Shown: in pieces, positions 35,239 through 49,791 of the stretch
Position numbering within the stretch: the first letter of the stretch is position 1
Layout of the letters: each line of letters opens with the position of its first letter
DNA from: Scyliorhinus canicula
Lineage: Eukaryota
DNA length: 64,000 nucleotides
Assembly (NCBI RefSeq): GCF_902713615.1
Contig: NC_052162.1
Location: 127,124,653 to 127,188,652, forward strand
Reading direction: 5' to 3'
Position numbers and translations under genes: made by a program
Notes under the pieces: model-generated
Database searches by the model: none
Told to the model about the DNA's origin: nothing
What the model saw: the letters and a program-made list of their open reading frames with translations, nothing else

Positions 35239-37276
35239 TACGATCTCTTATTTTATCTTCAAATAAGTGTCACGGGTCCAGCTGATTGCAGATGTCTAAA
35301 AATAGAACTTTATTTGCTAAACATTCACCTTGATTCTGTTTTTAAAAAAACTTAATAAAAACTTAGATCCAATAATACATCAAAACATAACAATGAGAGT
35401 TAAATGAAAATATAAGAAAATATGAGAAAATCAGTAGATGGTACAGAATTTATTCAAGCATAAGTTCAGAACAAAGCTTTAATCATGAAGCCTTATTCTT
35501 AATGAAATTCTGATCAATGTTCTAATCCCTCATTTACTCCCATTGGTTTCTAATTCTCAGCTGAAGCTTCCTGATTTATTCAAATATCTGTCTATCACTT
35601 AGAAAATGATTTGTTATCCAAGCACTGGTCGTGACTAAGATTTACTAATCACCATCAAATTGATTAAATGTCTATGTGCCCCCACCACGTGTGCCAATCC
35701 TATAAATATAAGGTGCTTGCATTAACCTTGCTGTTGGTAAAGCTTTGATACATTGTTGTTGCTAAATGTTGCTGTTGCTAAGGCTTTGATATATTTGTTA
35801 TGGGCCAGGGTTTAGAGCAGTGTTCTTCAAACTTTTTTTCCTAGGACACATTTTTACCAACCGGCCAACCTTCGGGACCCAACCCGGCCGACCTTCGCGA
35901 CCCACGCCGGCCGACCAGCGTGACCCACCATTTTCTCTGACCTTGTTTGCTGCTGACAAAAGTGGAGGAAATGGTTTTGGGTCCCTTTGGCCCTCGTACC
36001 TGCTCCTCCAATGGAACCTGTTGGATGAAGGTGAAGCCTTCCGGTGTCGGAAAGTATGGAGTCTCCATCTGTCCAAAGGTTGGCATTTTTTTCCTGTCAG
36101 ATTTTATCAAATAAAACCCCCCGAACTTGTAAAAAAAAAATGAAAAAAATAAAAATTAAATGAATAAAATAAATAAATAAAATGAATAAACTCCCCCGAA
36201 CTTGTGAAACAAAAAGCTGCGACATAGTTTTGCGTTTGCGGCCGGTGATCTGACACGCATGCGCAGTGCAGCCGCATTTTCTTTACACGTTTGCGGCCAT
36301 TTTGAAGGCAGCTTGCAGCCTGCGTTATTAACAGCCGGCTGCTGCAGCTGTTGCACGCTGATTTGCGCAATCTGGAGCGCCGCAACAGTCGGCTCCGATC
36401 CCTCCCAATACCCACTCGCTGGTCGCGCCTCTGAGTTTGACAATGCCTGGTTTAGAGAACCCCAAAGTATATCATGGAGTTCACCTGACCCACGACCTTT
36501 AATAGATTGTGGTTATGGGGAGCACACGGGTCCATTCTGCACGTGTGATGCAACAGAAATCTACAGTACTTTTAAATTAAAACAATATTTATTTATGAAT
36601 CCAGTTCACACTTTATAAACCCACAGTAAAATCTTAACACCCATCAACACCAATAAATCCCCCAAAGAATACAGTGCTCTCTGAGTAACTCTGAGTTCAT
36701 CTTTCCTTGCAACATCCATAAGACAAACAGAACCCTTTTTACAGAAAGACATCAGGTTGAATTTCACTGCTGAGAACAGTTACCACTTTGAAATCACCAA
36801 ATGAACATTCACAAGCTTGCAGACATTCCGACACATCTTGCTGTGACTGCAGCTTCTCCAAATCTAAAACAAAACTAAACACACCCTGTAGCTGCAAGCC
36901 CAAAGTGAAAGTCAAAGCAGACAGGCAGCCCAGCTCCACCCACACTCAGACATAACTGATAAACACTCAATTCTTAAAGGTACTCTCACATGACACAATT
37001 GTATTACTAAATGTTGCTAAAGCTGTGATACATTTTCATTACAGATTGTGTTGAGGAACAATGGTTTATTATTTACAAGGAGCTTTTATGCAACTTTTCA
37101 TGAAACAATGTTAGATTCCTGCTTAGCAGTTCTTATTTATTATCTGAAACAATGACTATTTTGCCACATTAGCCTTGTGGATATTCCATTCACTGTCTGT
37201 GCTGAATTAAGAAATGTACTGCATCAATTCTTAAAGGCACCAATAAATTAGTGAATCAATAAATCGGTTAATATCT
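35236..37276 (-). mobile_element. LTR-like element A with nested LTR B and hAT
   Basis: Same junctions as 24577-26731. Confidence 0.7.
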
Positions 37277-38084
37277 GGCCATTTATCTGCTGTGTGTGTG
37301 GGAAGGGTTTCCCTGTTATCCACCCTGCGCAGCTACCAGCGAGTTCACGAGTGATGACAGGGGTTGGACTCGGCTGTTATTGCTGCTGTTAATCACACCA
37401 GGACCTGAACCATGTTTCATTCTGACACTTGGTGAAGTGGGAGGGTCGGAGGGTTTCTCTCTGCTGGACTCAGTGAGGTGGGTGAGGAGATTTACGAGAA
37501 CGGCACCAGGAATGAGGGACTTCAGTTAGCTGGAGAGACTGGAGCAGCTGAAATTGTTCTCTTCAGACCGTAGAGTCATTTGGGAAGAGAGGGAGGCCAT
37601 TCGACCCATTGATCCCATGCTGGCTCTCTGTGGAGCAAACCGGTCAGTCCCATTTCCCTCAAGCACTCTACCCTAGGCTCATTCCCTCAGCTAGGTAAAT
37701 GGGAAAGTCACCATAGTCCCAGATGACCACAGGCATTTCCCCTTAAAGGGGCGGGTGGGGGGAGCTGACTGCTGGTGATTTAACCTCAGGCAAGGATCAA
37801 AGTTGAGAAGCTCCCACTGACACTAGTGGGGCGAGTGCAGGCGGGAACCCCGAGCTCTGATCACGCTTCCTTTTCACTCAGCCCCCCCTCCATTTATTGT
37901 GTGAGTGTGGAAGGGGGCAGCCATCGCAAAACCCCTCTTGCACATGTGTTAGTGTAAAAATGAAGCAACCACTTTATTTCACCATCCCCCGAGTTTGTTG
38001 TGCAAGTTATTGATTGAGGATTTGAACATGTCTAAAGTGAAGGGTTGCAGAAAAATACCCCACCGTTTTTAACAGGAGAAAGAC

Positions 38085-38124
<40 letters not shown>

Positions 38125-39846
38125 CCCCCCCCCCCCCCCCCACTTCCTGTCCATGACACGTGGGAGATTCAGAGACTTAGAAAAGAGTTAGTATTAGAAA
38201 GAAATTTCCAAAATTGGATAAGCTGTCAACATCAGTCACAAGGAAGCAAATGAAATTCATTCTGAATGGGATGAGGAAAAATTGGGACATTTCGGGATGG
38301 ATTCCCCATTTCCCGGCCGTGTGTTTTCTCGGCAGTGTGCCGTTCGCTGGTGGTGAGATTCTCTGTTCCTGCCGCCTGTCACTGGGATTTCCCATTGAAG
38401 CCCCCCCCCCCCCCCCCCCGCCACACCGTGGGGTAACCTGCGGGCGGGGGTGCCCTGCTAGCGGGACAGGTGAATTGCAGCGGCTGGAGAATTCTGGCCT
38501 TCGAATTGTTTGATGATCAGACCAAATGGGAACATCAAACCTTTCCACTTGAACATAAAAAGCTTCTGAGTGATATTCGTAAAGTGGCCCAAGGACGGGA
38601 TTGACCAATGAGCAAACGGGTTGTTGGTCATGTGTCGGCAAACAAGTAGTTCCGTCATTGGTCTTGGAATTTGGTGTGGGAGGGGAAGCTGAGCTGGAAG
38701 ATTTGCCCAGCTTGAAGCGAGAGGAAGAAATCTCCTGGGGTCCCCACAGTGAGAGGCAGTTAGCCATGTGACAGAAAGCAGTCAGGTTGGAAAGAGCTGT
38801 GAAGAAGCTGTGGGAACTGACTGAGAAAAAGCAGAAGGTCTGTCCAAAGTCAGCTCAAGAAGGAAATGGAACCTTCACAAGCAAAAGATCACTGAAAGTC
38901 GAATATCACAACTGAGAAATTGGGGAGAAAATAAAGTGAATTCCAGAGGGCTGTGGCATATCTTCAGGTTGGTCCCTAAAGAAAGCGAATAAGCTTCAGA
39001 AGTTTTTGTGAGATAAGGAATCTCTTGGGAAGGGAGTAAAGCAAAAACTGGATTCATCGAATAAAGATATAATACTCGAGTGATAAGGTAGAAGAGCTAA
39101 CTTTAACTTTATATATGCAATAAAGGTCTGTTTTTGTTGAGCAACGTGACATTCTATGGCGTAGGTCATTCACTGAATTGCTGGCTGTTCAGATTTCTCT
39201 TCAAACATTAAACAGCCCTTCCGGGATGGTAATGTTCTCCTTTGTGGCCCGAGCATCTCCAAGGAGAGCGAGAGGCAGGAGAGGAAAGCCAGTCAGGTTC
39301 AGGAAGAGATGACCAGGTCATAGTCATGTTAGAGTTCCAAAGTGGGACAGGGTGGTGCATTTGTTGCCCTCCTTTGTCACGGGTGCAATGTCAGAAACAA
39401 AGGCTTTTCAAATTAATCCTTTCATGGGATTGGAGCATCGCTGGCAAGGCCAGCATTTATTGCCCATCCCTGATTTCCCGAGCTGAGGGGCCGTCTTCAC
39501 CCATAGAATCCCTACTGTGCAGAAGGACATCATTCAGCCCAGAAGATCTGCACCAACCCTCTGAAAGAGCGCCTGACCTCGGTCCAATCCCCCGGCCTAT
39601 CCCCGTAACCCCACTTCCACCACTGTCGTAGGCAGCGAGTTCCAGGACATGGGGAATAGGGTGACATGGTGGTTAGCACTGTTGCCTCAAAGTGGCAGAA
39701 GCTCTGGGTTCGATTCCGACCTTGGGTGACTGTGGGGTTTGTACATTCTTCTCGTGTCTGTGTGGGTTTCCTCCGGGTGCTCCGGTTTCCACCCACTGTC
39801 CAAAGATGTGCAGGTTTAGTTGGATTGGTCATGCTAAGTTGCCGCT

Positions 39847-40869
39847 AAGCCTGCATAGGGTCAACTCCACCTCCACGTGCGCAAGGCTCAGCCTGACGTA
39901 GCTAAAAGTGGCACCTAGAGCCCACTTAACAAGAAACCGTGTGAGTAGGTTATTCCTGGAGGTGGAGAACGGTGCCAAAGAGGCCCGGCCAACCACGCCC
40001 ACATGTTCTGCTCTTGCCCCAGACTTGTGGAGAACTAGACAGCCTTCTTCGAGGCTATGTCCAAAGTGGTGGGGGTGAGGGTGGAGCCATGCCCGATAGT
40101 GGCGGTCTTCGGGGTTTCAGACCAGCCTGATCTATTCCTGGGGAGGAGGGCGGACGCCTTGCCTTTGCCTCCCTGATCGCCCGCCGTAGAATCCAGTTTG
40201 GCTGGCGGTCAGCAGCACCACCCAGAGCTGCAGACTGGCTGTCCGACCTCTCGGAATCTCTCCAAATGGAGAAAATCAAATTCGCCATCCGAGGGTCAGA
40301 TGATGGCTTCCACAGAACGTGGTAGCCATTCATGCAATTGTTCCGGGACCTGTTTGTGGCCAACGAACAAGAAGAAGAATAGTCGGGTGGCCAAGAATCA
40401 GGGGAAAATGGACGGGAATCGGGGGTAGGTAGCCGGGGGGGGGGGGGGGGGGCTACGGGTTCGTTATGGGGTTTGTTCTCATTGTTTTATGCTTATTTCT
40501 TTCTTGATATTTATTGTTTTTGTATTGGAGGGGAGGGGTTACTGTTTTTCTCTGTTGTGATAAAATTTGTTGTTGAAAACTTGAATAAAAAGTATTCCAA
40601 AAAGAAAGGAAGGACAAAGCCGCAAGCGACAGTCTGACGGCAAGCTAAGGCCCAAAACCAAATTGTAAATATAATGCCTATAAACATGTGCCTCGGCCAT
40701 ATTGGGGAATGTAAAATATGTATGCGGTTAAAGGGGGCGGCCACAGTTGTTATTATGAAGATGCTTGCCTGTAAATTATACATGTTAATTTTTGCGTGTT
40801 TTTTTCTAATAATTTGTAATTTGTTGGATATAAAATATGAAAACTCAATAAAAAAACATTTCCAAAAAA
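39847..40869 (+). mobile_element. 5'-truncated L1/Tx1 LINE inserted in a SINE; 11-bp TSD
   Basis: TSD aagttgccgct; two AATAAA/A-rich ends; empty site near 29270. Confidence 0.85.
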
Positions 40870-41795
40870 AAGTTGCCGCTCAGTGTTGAACGATCAGGTG
40901 GGGTTACTGGGATAGGTGAGGGATTGGGCCGAGGTAGGGTGGTCTTTCAGAGGGACGGTGCAGACTTGATGAGGCGAATGACCGAGTTCTGCACTGTTGG
41001 GATTCTATGACATCACCAATTGCTGCGCATCCCCCCATATCACTAAGCAATAGATTTGTGTAGTGGTTCAGTATACGTATATATATTATGATTCTTGGGC
41101 AGACCCCTTAAGAACCAAGAATGTTTTGATGAAGTCGATAAAAGTTTGAGATTGAAGACACTCAGTCGGCAAATAAAACCACAGGATTCCGCAGGTTGTG
41201 AACAAACATAAATAAAGTTTACGATACAAAGTCAGAAAGATAAAACACTGTACATCATCTACCTTAAATTCCAACCTTCACTGTGGAATAGAGGGACGTG
41301 TAAATAAACACATATAATGAGCTCGAACACACACCACACCATAAATGGCAGGTGCAACCAAGACAGAGTCCATGGAAATCTCACCCAGACGTCAGTAAAC
41401 ACTGAGTCAGCCAATCTCACTGAAAATCAGTCTCTCGTGAGGAATTCACGTGTTCACCTTCAAAGATCTAACCGTGGAATTCTGTCCTTTCCTGGCCCGT
41501 ACTGCACTCGACAGAGCAGAGAGAAATGTATTTATTTTGGATCTACCTGCCGTGGGGGTAAAACACTGTTTAATATCCTGGATGAAATAACTGGACTTCA
41601 TCAGCTTTTGCAGATCATTTCAGTGGAGATGAGCTCTCCCAGGCTAAAAGAATATCGGCCCACTGGAAGTCGTGAGACCGGCCAGTTCAGCAGAAAGAAA
41701 CCCTCCGACCCTCCCACTTCAAGTCTCACAATGAACATGGTTCAATCCTGGATGTAATTAACAGCAGCAAAAACAGCAGAATCCAATCCCTGTCA

Positions 41796-42432
41796 TCACT
41801 TGTGAGCTCGCTGGTATCTCAGCAAGTGGAGTGACTGATTGAATCCCTTCCCACACTGAGAGCAGGCAAACAGCTTCTCCCCAGTGTGAACGCGCCAGTG
41901 CTTCTGCAGGTTGGATGACTGAGTGAAACCCTTCCCGTACACGGGGCAGGGAAATGGCCTGTTGCCAGTGTGAACTCGCTGGTGTCTAATGAGGGCGGAT
42001 GAATCTCTGAAACCCTTCCCATATGCATGGCAGATGGACAGCTGAATCCCTTCCCACAATCAGAGCAGGCGAATGGCCTCTTCCCAGTGTGAACCTTATG
42101 GTGCGTGTGCAGGCTGGCTGACTGAGTGAAGCCCTTCCCACACACACACACACCAGATGAATGGCTTCTCCCCGGTGTGAACCCGCTGCTGTGTTTGCAG
42201 GGCGGATGAATCACTGAATCCCTTCCCACACTGAGAGCAGGTGAATGGCCTCTCCCCGGTGTGAATGCGCTGGTGTGTCAGCAGGGCAGATGAATGAGTG
42301 AATGCCTTCCCACACTTCCCACACCTGAAGCAGGTGAATGGCCTCTCCCCGGTGTGACAGCATCGATGAGTTTCGAGAACAGATGGGTAACTGAGTCCCT
42401 TTCCACAATCCCCACATTTCCAGTTTCTCCAT
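41796..42432 (-). pseudogene. - strand partner C2H2 ZNF pseudogene, multiple frameshifts
   Basis: [17 protein letters not shown] units spread over three frames; ends LRYQRAHK*. Confidence 0.85.
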
Positions 42433-43506
42433 GGTGTTAGTGTCCTTGCGTTTCTCCAGGTCCAATGATCATTTCCAGCCTCGTCCACACAGAGAACACT
42501 TTTACAGTCTCTCGCCACTGAATGGTGCGATATTTTCTCTTCCGATGTAACCGTTTAAAGCTCGGTCCACAGTCAGTTCACTGGAAAACTCTCACTCAGA
42601 TCTTTGTGTGTCTTGGTGCATTTCCAATCACACATTGAAGCAGACAGAACAGCCAAACATTTGTCCTTCTAGATTCAAAGGCCGATGATATTCAGGTCAC
42701 AATGAATTGAATGAGGATGTCAGATCCTGACCGTACATCCACATCTGATATCCTGTTGTCATGTGCGAGCACCATTAAGAAATAGGTGTTTAAGAAATGC
42801 ACCTTTAAGAAATGTGTGTTTATCTGTGATGTAGAGTGTGGGTGGAGCTTTGCTTTCTGTCAGCTTTTTACTTTCGTTTTAGGCTGTTTGCTCCAGGGTG
42901 TGTTTTAGTTTTGTTTTCAGAGCTGGATAGCTGCAGTCACAGCCAGAAGGGGTATTAGTCTCTCTCTCTCTGTCATCTAAAAACTGTAAATTGATCCTTT
43001 GGTGATTTAAAACTTGAGTTCATAGAATAAACATTGTTTTGTTGTTAAAAATGCTTTTCCATTTCTGCTGTACCACACCTGTAGAGTGGGCTGTGTGCTC
43101 CCCATACCACAATCTATTACAAGTTGTGGGTCGGTTAACTCCATGATACACTTTGGGGTTCTCTCTAAACACTGGCCCATAACACTGTCAAGGGAGTTTA
43201 CAAAAGTCATTGGTGTCAGAACAGGATAGAAATTCAGAACAGACAATTCTAGTTTCTATGGAATATTCTTTCCTCTCATTTCCCCAAGATCTGTAATTCT
43301 CCAACCCACACACTTTCTTTCCATTCTCATCCTCCTCTTTCTAATATTCACCCTCCCAATTCTCCTGAAGGTGCTGATTCAGGCTGATTGACAGATCCCT
43401 GCTCACTGCTTCCTGTCCTGGACACAGAGACCTGAAAATCTTCCTGCAGGCTGCCAGACAAATGTCTGTCTATATTACTGGGCAGAAAAGGTGTGTAATA
43501 TACAGA

Positions 43507-43974
43507 CTGGAATAACTTTCTTTCCCTTCAGTTGCTGCAAGCCCCCAATGTCCCCCCAGATGTTGCAGAGGAGGAAGTTTTCATCCAACTTCCGGATTGT
43601 GACGTCACAAGGGAGTATTGCCGGGATCAGCCAATAGGAATCACTGCTCCGTGGTGACGTCTCCGGGTTCCAGTGCGCAGGTTCGGCGCGGACACGTGAA
43701 CGCCTCCCGCACCCATTGTTCCAGAGGTCGCCCCCTGACCTTCCGGCTGAGGTATTGACCAATGGGAAGGTTAGAGGACCGGAAGGACTGTCTCCGTTCA
43801 GATCAAACCGCGGACTTCCGGTGTCTGCAAATGGCGCTTCACACAGACTGAAACCTCCTCCTGTCTCCAGCATCTGTGAGTAAAACACTTTCTTTTCTCC
43901 CCCTTCCATTTCTTTTCTCATTCTCACCTTGAATTGGGGACTTGCAGCAGCTGAAGAGAAAGGAAGTGAATCCA
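43507..43974. promoter_or_regulatory. Bidirectional promoter cassette P4 (internal deletions); donor at 43876
   Basis: Keeps CRE, CCAAT, ETS and AAATGGCG; lacks about 100 bp including the NRF1-like site. Confidence 0.75.
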
Positions 43975-45037
43975 GGGAGGGTGCAGACTCTGCAAAGCTT
44001 GGCTCAGGTCTCTCTCGCTCTTATAGCACAATTGCTTCACAGCTTCAGGGTCCCAGGTTCGATTCCCGGCCCCGGGTCACTGTCCGTGTGGATATTGCAC
44101 ATTCTCCCCGTGTGTGCGTGGGTCCCACCCGCCTTTTGAAATACTTTGCCTCCCCTTCCGTCATTTAGATTGTCTGTCAGTTCCAGATTTCTCACATCCT
44201 CCTCCCACATAGGGTTCAATATATTGCTCATTATCAGTTCAGTTATATACACAGGGGACAGTTTAGCTCAGATGGCTGGACAGTTGGTTCGAGATGCAGA
44301 GCAATGCCAACAGCGTGGGTTCAATTCCTGGACTCGCTGAGGTTATTCATGAAGGCCCACTTTCTCAACCTTGCCCCTCGCCTGAGGTGTGGTGATGGTC
44401 AGATTAAATCACCACCAGGCAGCTCCCCCCGCAAAGGGGAAAGCAGACTATGGCCATCTGGGACTATGGCCACTTTGCTACAGATACAAATGGAGAAAGG
44501 TTTTAAGGTCTCTCTATCTGGGACATGAAACAGTGACCATGGATCTGTTGCTCAAATTAAACCGTACCTGAACAAGAATTGGGAGGGTATATATTGCGTG
44601 GAGTGAGCGTTGGATGACTTTTGGGAAGGAGAGAGGATCGAATGTTCATAGAAACTAGAATTGTCTGTTCTGAATGTCTATCCTGTACTGACAGTGATGA
44701 TCCTTTTACAGGATCTCAGAACGTGAGGATTTACAGATAGAAATCTCAAAGCAAACTTCACGTCAACATCCGACAGCGTCGCTCAATTCATCAAGACTGG
44801 AATATCATCGGCCTTTAAATCTGTCTGCTTCAAACATTGTACTGGAAAAGCACCGAGACACACACGCCCGAGTGGGAGAGTTCCAGAGCACTGACTGTGA
44901 AAAGAGCTTTAACCAGTTACACAGCCTGAAAAAAACATCACACCATTCACAGCGGGGAGAGACTGTACACGTGTTCTGTGTGTGGACGAGGCATCAACTG
45001 GGCGGTGAACCTGGAGAGACAAAAGGACACCCGCACT

Positions 45038-45934
45038 ATGGAGAAACCCTGGAAATGCGGAGACTGTGGGAAGGGATACAGTGCCCCATCACGACTGGAA
45101 GCTCATCGACGCAGTCACACTGGGGAGAGGCCGTTCACCTGCTCCCGGTGTAGGAAAGGATTCACTCACTTATTCACCCTGCAGAAACACCAGCGAGTTC
45201 ACACTGGGGAGAGGCCGTTCACCTGCTCTCAATGTGAGAAGGGATTCACTCAGTCATCTCACCTGCGGACACACCAGCGAGTTCACACTGGGGAGAGGCC
45301 ATTCACCTGCTCTCAGTGTGAGAAGGGATTCACTCACTCATCCAGCCTGCGGGCACACCAGCGGGTTCACACTGGGGAGAGGCCGTTCACCTGCTCTCGG
45401 TGTGGGAAGGGATTCACTCACTCATCGACCCTGCTGAACCACCAGCGATTTCACACTGGGGAGAGGCCGTTCACCTGCTCTCAGTGTGAGAAGGGATTCA
45501 CTCAATTATCTGACCTGCAGATACACCAGCGAGTTCACACGGGGGAGAGACCGTTCACCTGCTCTGTGTGTGGGAAGGAATTCACTCTGTTGTGTAACCT
45601 GCAGAAACATCAGCGAGTCCACACCGGGGAGAGGCCCTTCACCTGCTCTCAGTGTGGGACAGGATTTGCTCGGTTGTCCAACCTGCAGACACACCAGCGA
45701 GTCCACACTGGGGAGAGGCCGTTCACGTGCTCTGTGTGTGAGTCAGGATTCACTCGGTTGTCCAACCTGCAGAGACACCAGCGAGTCCACACCGGAGAGA
45801 GGCCCTTCACCTGCTCGCAGTGTGGGAAGGGATTCAGCGCGTTATCCAACCTCCGGGTTCACCAGCGAGTTCACACCAGTGAAGAGTTTCAGCGATTCAT
45901 CCTCCCGGCTGCCACACAGGCGCACTCACAGTAA
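45038..45934 (+). CDS. C2H2 zinc-finger protein E, 10 intact fingers, frameshifting deletion near the C-terminus
   Basis: actATGG MEKPWKC; last finger lies in another frame ending 46031; acceptor ends 44711. Confidence 0.75.
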   Translation: MEKPWKCGDCGKGYSAPSRLEAHRRSHTGERPFTCSRCRKGFTHLFTLQKHQRVHTGERPFTCSQCEKGFTQSSHLRTHQRVHTGERPFTCSQCEKGFTHSSSLRAHQRVHTGERPFTCSRCGKGFTHSSTLLNHQRFHTGERPFTCSQCEKGFTQLSDLQIHQRVHTGERPFTCSVCGKEFTLLCNLQKHQRVHTGERPFTCSQCGTGFARLSNLQTHQRVHTGERPFTCSVCESGFTRLSNLQRHQRVHTGERPFTCSQCGKGFSALSNLRVHQRVHTSEEFQRFILPAATQAHSQ

Positions 45935-46028
45935 GGAGAAGCCATTCACCTGCTCCGAGTGTGGGAAGGGATTCACTCGGTCATCCTACCTGCTCAAACA
46001 CCAGCAGGTTCACATCTGGAAGAGGCTG

Positions 46029-46777
46029 TGACACGATCCGGTTGATTGGTGGTGTCTAAAAATACAACTTTATTTGCTAATCATTCACCATCATTCTCTT
46101 AAATAAAGAAATTAAATCAAAACCTAGATCAAATAATGCATCAAAACATAATAAAGAGAGTTAAACAAAAACATAAGAAAATATTAGAAAATCAATAGAT
46201 GGTTCAGTATTTCTTCATGCATCAGTTCAGAATAAAGCTTTAATCATGAAGCCTTATTCTTAATGAAATTCTGATCAATGGTCTAATCCCTCATTTACTC
46301 TCATTGGTTTCTAATTCTCAGCTGCAGCTTCCTGATTTATTCAAATATCTGTCTATCACTTAGAAAATGATTTGTTATCCAAGCATTGGTCATAACTTAA
46401 GATTTACTAATCATATTAATGAAATGTCTATGTGCCCCCACCACATGTACCAATCCTACAAATATAAGGTGCTTGCATTAACCTTGCTGTTGGTAAAGCT
46501 TTGATACATTTTTACTACTGAATGTTGCTGTTGCTGAGGCTTTGATACATTTTCATTACAGAATGTATTAAGGAACAATGGTTTATTCATTACAAGGGGC
46601 GTTGATGCAACTTTTCATGGAACATTGTTAGATTCCTGCTTAGCAGTTCTTATTAATTATCTGAAACAATGAAGATCTTTCCACATTAGCCTTGTAGATA
46701 TTCCATTCTCTGTCTGCGCTGAATTAAGAAATGTGTTGCATCAATTCTTAAAGGCACCAATAAATCAGTAAATATCT
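46029..46777 (-). mobile_element. LTR-like element A copy
   Basis: ggctg|TGACAC...TATCT|ggccg. Confidence 0.68.
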
Positions 46778-46799
46778 GGCCGTTCATCTGCTGTGTGTG

Positions 46800-47556
46800 T
46801 GATAGATCTGTACTTTGGTCGATATATCTTTTGTGTTGCCGCACGATATATCACCCGACTGAACTTAAAACTGAGCTTCATGTGTGAGGTAAATTGTAGT
46901 TTTATTCAGTCAGTTTTCAAATGTCTCTTGATCAGGTCAGTTTGCTTGCAAATACAGAGTTTTAAAGGTTTGCTTTGTCCAAGCAAGTACAGATGACTGA
47001 GTTAAATTCAATGCAGATTACAGCTCTTGATGTTTCCTTCAAATTAAAATACACGATACAGAGAAGTTGAAAATAGACAACGTGGCAGCTTTCAGAGCAA
47101 AGCGCAGGAAATAGTTAAAGACCGACATAAGTTGATTCCGGAATAATTTGCTCAAAATGGGCACCTATTTTTAAGGTAATTGCTATTGCTAATGTTCTGG
47201 CCCCTTTCTGTCTGTGATTGGGTCATAATAATTATAGTTCATTTTATTCGATAGAAATGGCTGTCCATCACATTTTTAGTATGGGGTGACTGTAACATCT
47301 CGTTCCCACCACACGTTATCAGTTCTCATGACCACTGAACGAGGAACTTTGCCCAGATTCACAAACCAACGAATGAGTGTGTCTGCGGTTTTAATCTAAC
47401 CATTCTCATGCTATTCTGCTGTTTTCACTGCCTCTCTGTTTGAACTCTGTGACCTTAGTGAACCATTTCGATCCTGAATCACTTTATAAAGCCATTTTGA
47501 TTTTGAACCATTTCTTCCTTTTAAACTTATTATATATTAAAACTAGATTTCTATCA
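46800..47556 (-). mobile_element. 757-bp solo LTR inserted in the orphan finger; copy 58177-58932
   Basis: gtgtg|TGATAGA...TCTATCA|gtgtg; empty sites near 6135, 12205, 26750, 37295. Confidence 0.85.
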
Positions 47557-49791
47557 GTGTGGAAAGGGTTTTCCCTGTTATCCGCCCTGCGCAGCTACCA
47601 GCGAGTTCACGAGTGATGACAGGGGTTGGACTCGGCTGTTATTGCTGCTGTTAATCACACCCAGGACTGAACCATGTTCATTCTGACACTTGGTGAAGTG
47701 GAAGGGTCAGAGGGTTTCTCTCTGCTGGACTCAGTGAGGGGGCTGAGGAGATTTACGAGAACGGCACCAGGAATGAGGGACTGCAGTTAGTTGGAGAGAC
47801 TGGAGCAGCTGAAAAAGTTCTCTTCAGACCATAGAGTAATTCGGGAAGAGATGGAGGCCATTCAGCCCATTGACTCCATGCTGGATCTCTGTGGAAAAAA
47901 CTGGTCAGTTCCATTTCCTGCAAGTGCCCATCCAAATTTCATTTTGAAATAGTTCAGGGTGTCTGCTTCCACCATCCTCACGGGCAGCGAGTTCCAGGTC
48001 ATTACCACTCGCCGTGCACCTCCCTCCACACCTGCCCTCAAGTGTGTGTCCCCCTCGTCCTTGTCCCATCAGCTAATGGGAGCAGCTTTTGTTTGTCTTG
48101 TCCACCTATATCCAATCTCCCCTCAACCTCCTTTGCTCCAAAGTGAACAATCCCGGCTTCTCCGTCTGAGCCTTGTGGTTGAAATCCCTCCTCCGTAGAA
48201 CCATTGAAAAGTTACAGCCCAGACAGAGGCCATTCTAGTGGTTTAGCACAGGGCTAAATCACTGTCTTTGAAAGCAGGCCAGCAGCACGGTTCATTTCCC
48301 GTACCAGCCTCCCCGAACAGGTGCTGGAATGTTGCGACGAGGGGCTTTTCACAGTAACTTCATTTGAAGCCCACTTGTGACATGAAGCGATTTTGATTTT
48401 TCATTTCATTCGTTCCATCTTGTCCATACCAGCCCGAGGAAACCCAGGTGCCCTTTCTAATCCCCGCTTCCTACATCCGGCCCATAGCCCTGTAGCTTAT
48501 ACCCCTGGACCTCAAACAGCAATGAGTCAGTACAGGAGGGAGATAGAGAACTTAGTAGCATAGTGCAACATCAACAATCTATCCCTCAATGTCAGCAAAA
48601 CTAAGGAGCTGGTCATCAACTTCAGGAAGCAAAGTATTGTCCACACCCCTGTCTGCATCAATGGTGACGAGGTGGAGATGTTTGACAGCTTCAAATTCCT
48701 AGGTGTGCAAATCATCAACAATCTGTCCTGGTCCATGCACATCGACGTTACAACCAAGAAAACACAACAGTGCGTATCCGTCCTCGGAAAAGTAAGGAAA
48801 CTCGGCCTGTCCACATTGACTCTGACCAATTTTTACAGATGCACCTCTGGCTGCATCACAGCCTGACATTGCAACTGCTCGGCCCAAGACCATAAGAAAC
48901 CACAGAGAATTGTGTAATAAGCTGTGCACAAAGGACACATTTCATATTATCAAGCATGTCATTTGTGTAAGCACAGTTGCATTTCGACATGACAGTTTAA
49001 AATTATGATGCAGATCATGTTTTGTAAGATGCAGTTACATTTTTATGTAAACGTATAACAGTTCCAGAGTAAGGGGGATGTGTTGATATACCTGTGCACA
49101 GTTCTGTACATAGTTAGATATGTGACCTCCAACCAGCTGGTGGTGATAGAGATCCATCATGTGACTTGAGACACCCGCCAGTTGGCAGTGAGGCGGACAA
49201 GAAGATGGTCACACTGAGAGTAGCTGCAGGAGAATTCACTGAATTTGTTTATTAGTCATTGTCTGAATTGTAGTTTGTTATTTTTCTTTCCACGTGTTTG
49301 TAGGTAAATCACCTTTCCAGTGAAAGAACCAGATGTTCTGTGTCCATCGTTGCCACGGCCAGAACACAGAACACAACAACTTTTAGTTTGAGAATTGGTT
49401 TTCTTTTAAATGTAGGATAAATGGAAATTCTGGGTTTGATAAAAACACCCTCCGGGAATTCACAATCACAAGGTGTGGCCCAAGTTGACTGAAGAAGTCA
49501 AAGCTGGAAGGGTAAGATCTGTAAAAGGGCAGCTGGATCTTTTAGCTGCAGACCTGGAGACATCGGGTCTGACAATTACTGTCCTGTCTTTGTTACAGAG
49601 GTGAATTCTTCATGCAGACCTCAGGGTCGAAAGGTTTGGTTTTGTAGTTAAAAGTCGATTAATTTGAACATTTGTTGGACATCCCAACGAGTCTGTGTTA
49701 CCATGGGGATCAGTGATTCAGGGTGGAGCCTTGGTTGGAATTCTGGGTATTTCTCACAGAAAGCAGGCAGTCTGCAGTTAGCGTGGAAGCA

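Noticed and set aside
38085-38141. Long poly-C tracts (also about 33453-33491) as functional elements
   Set aside because: Paralogous sites (27543, 63616) have short runs; slippage or homopolymer error is likely.
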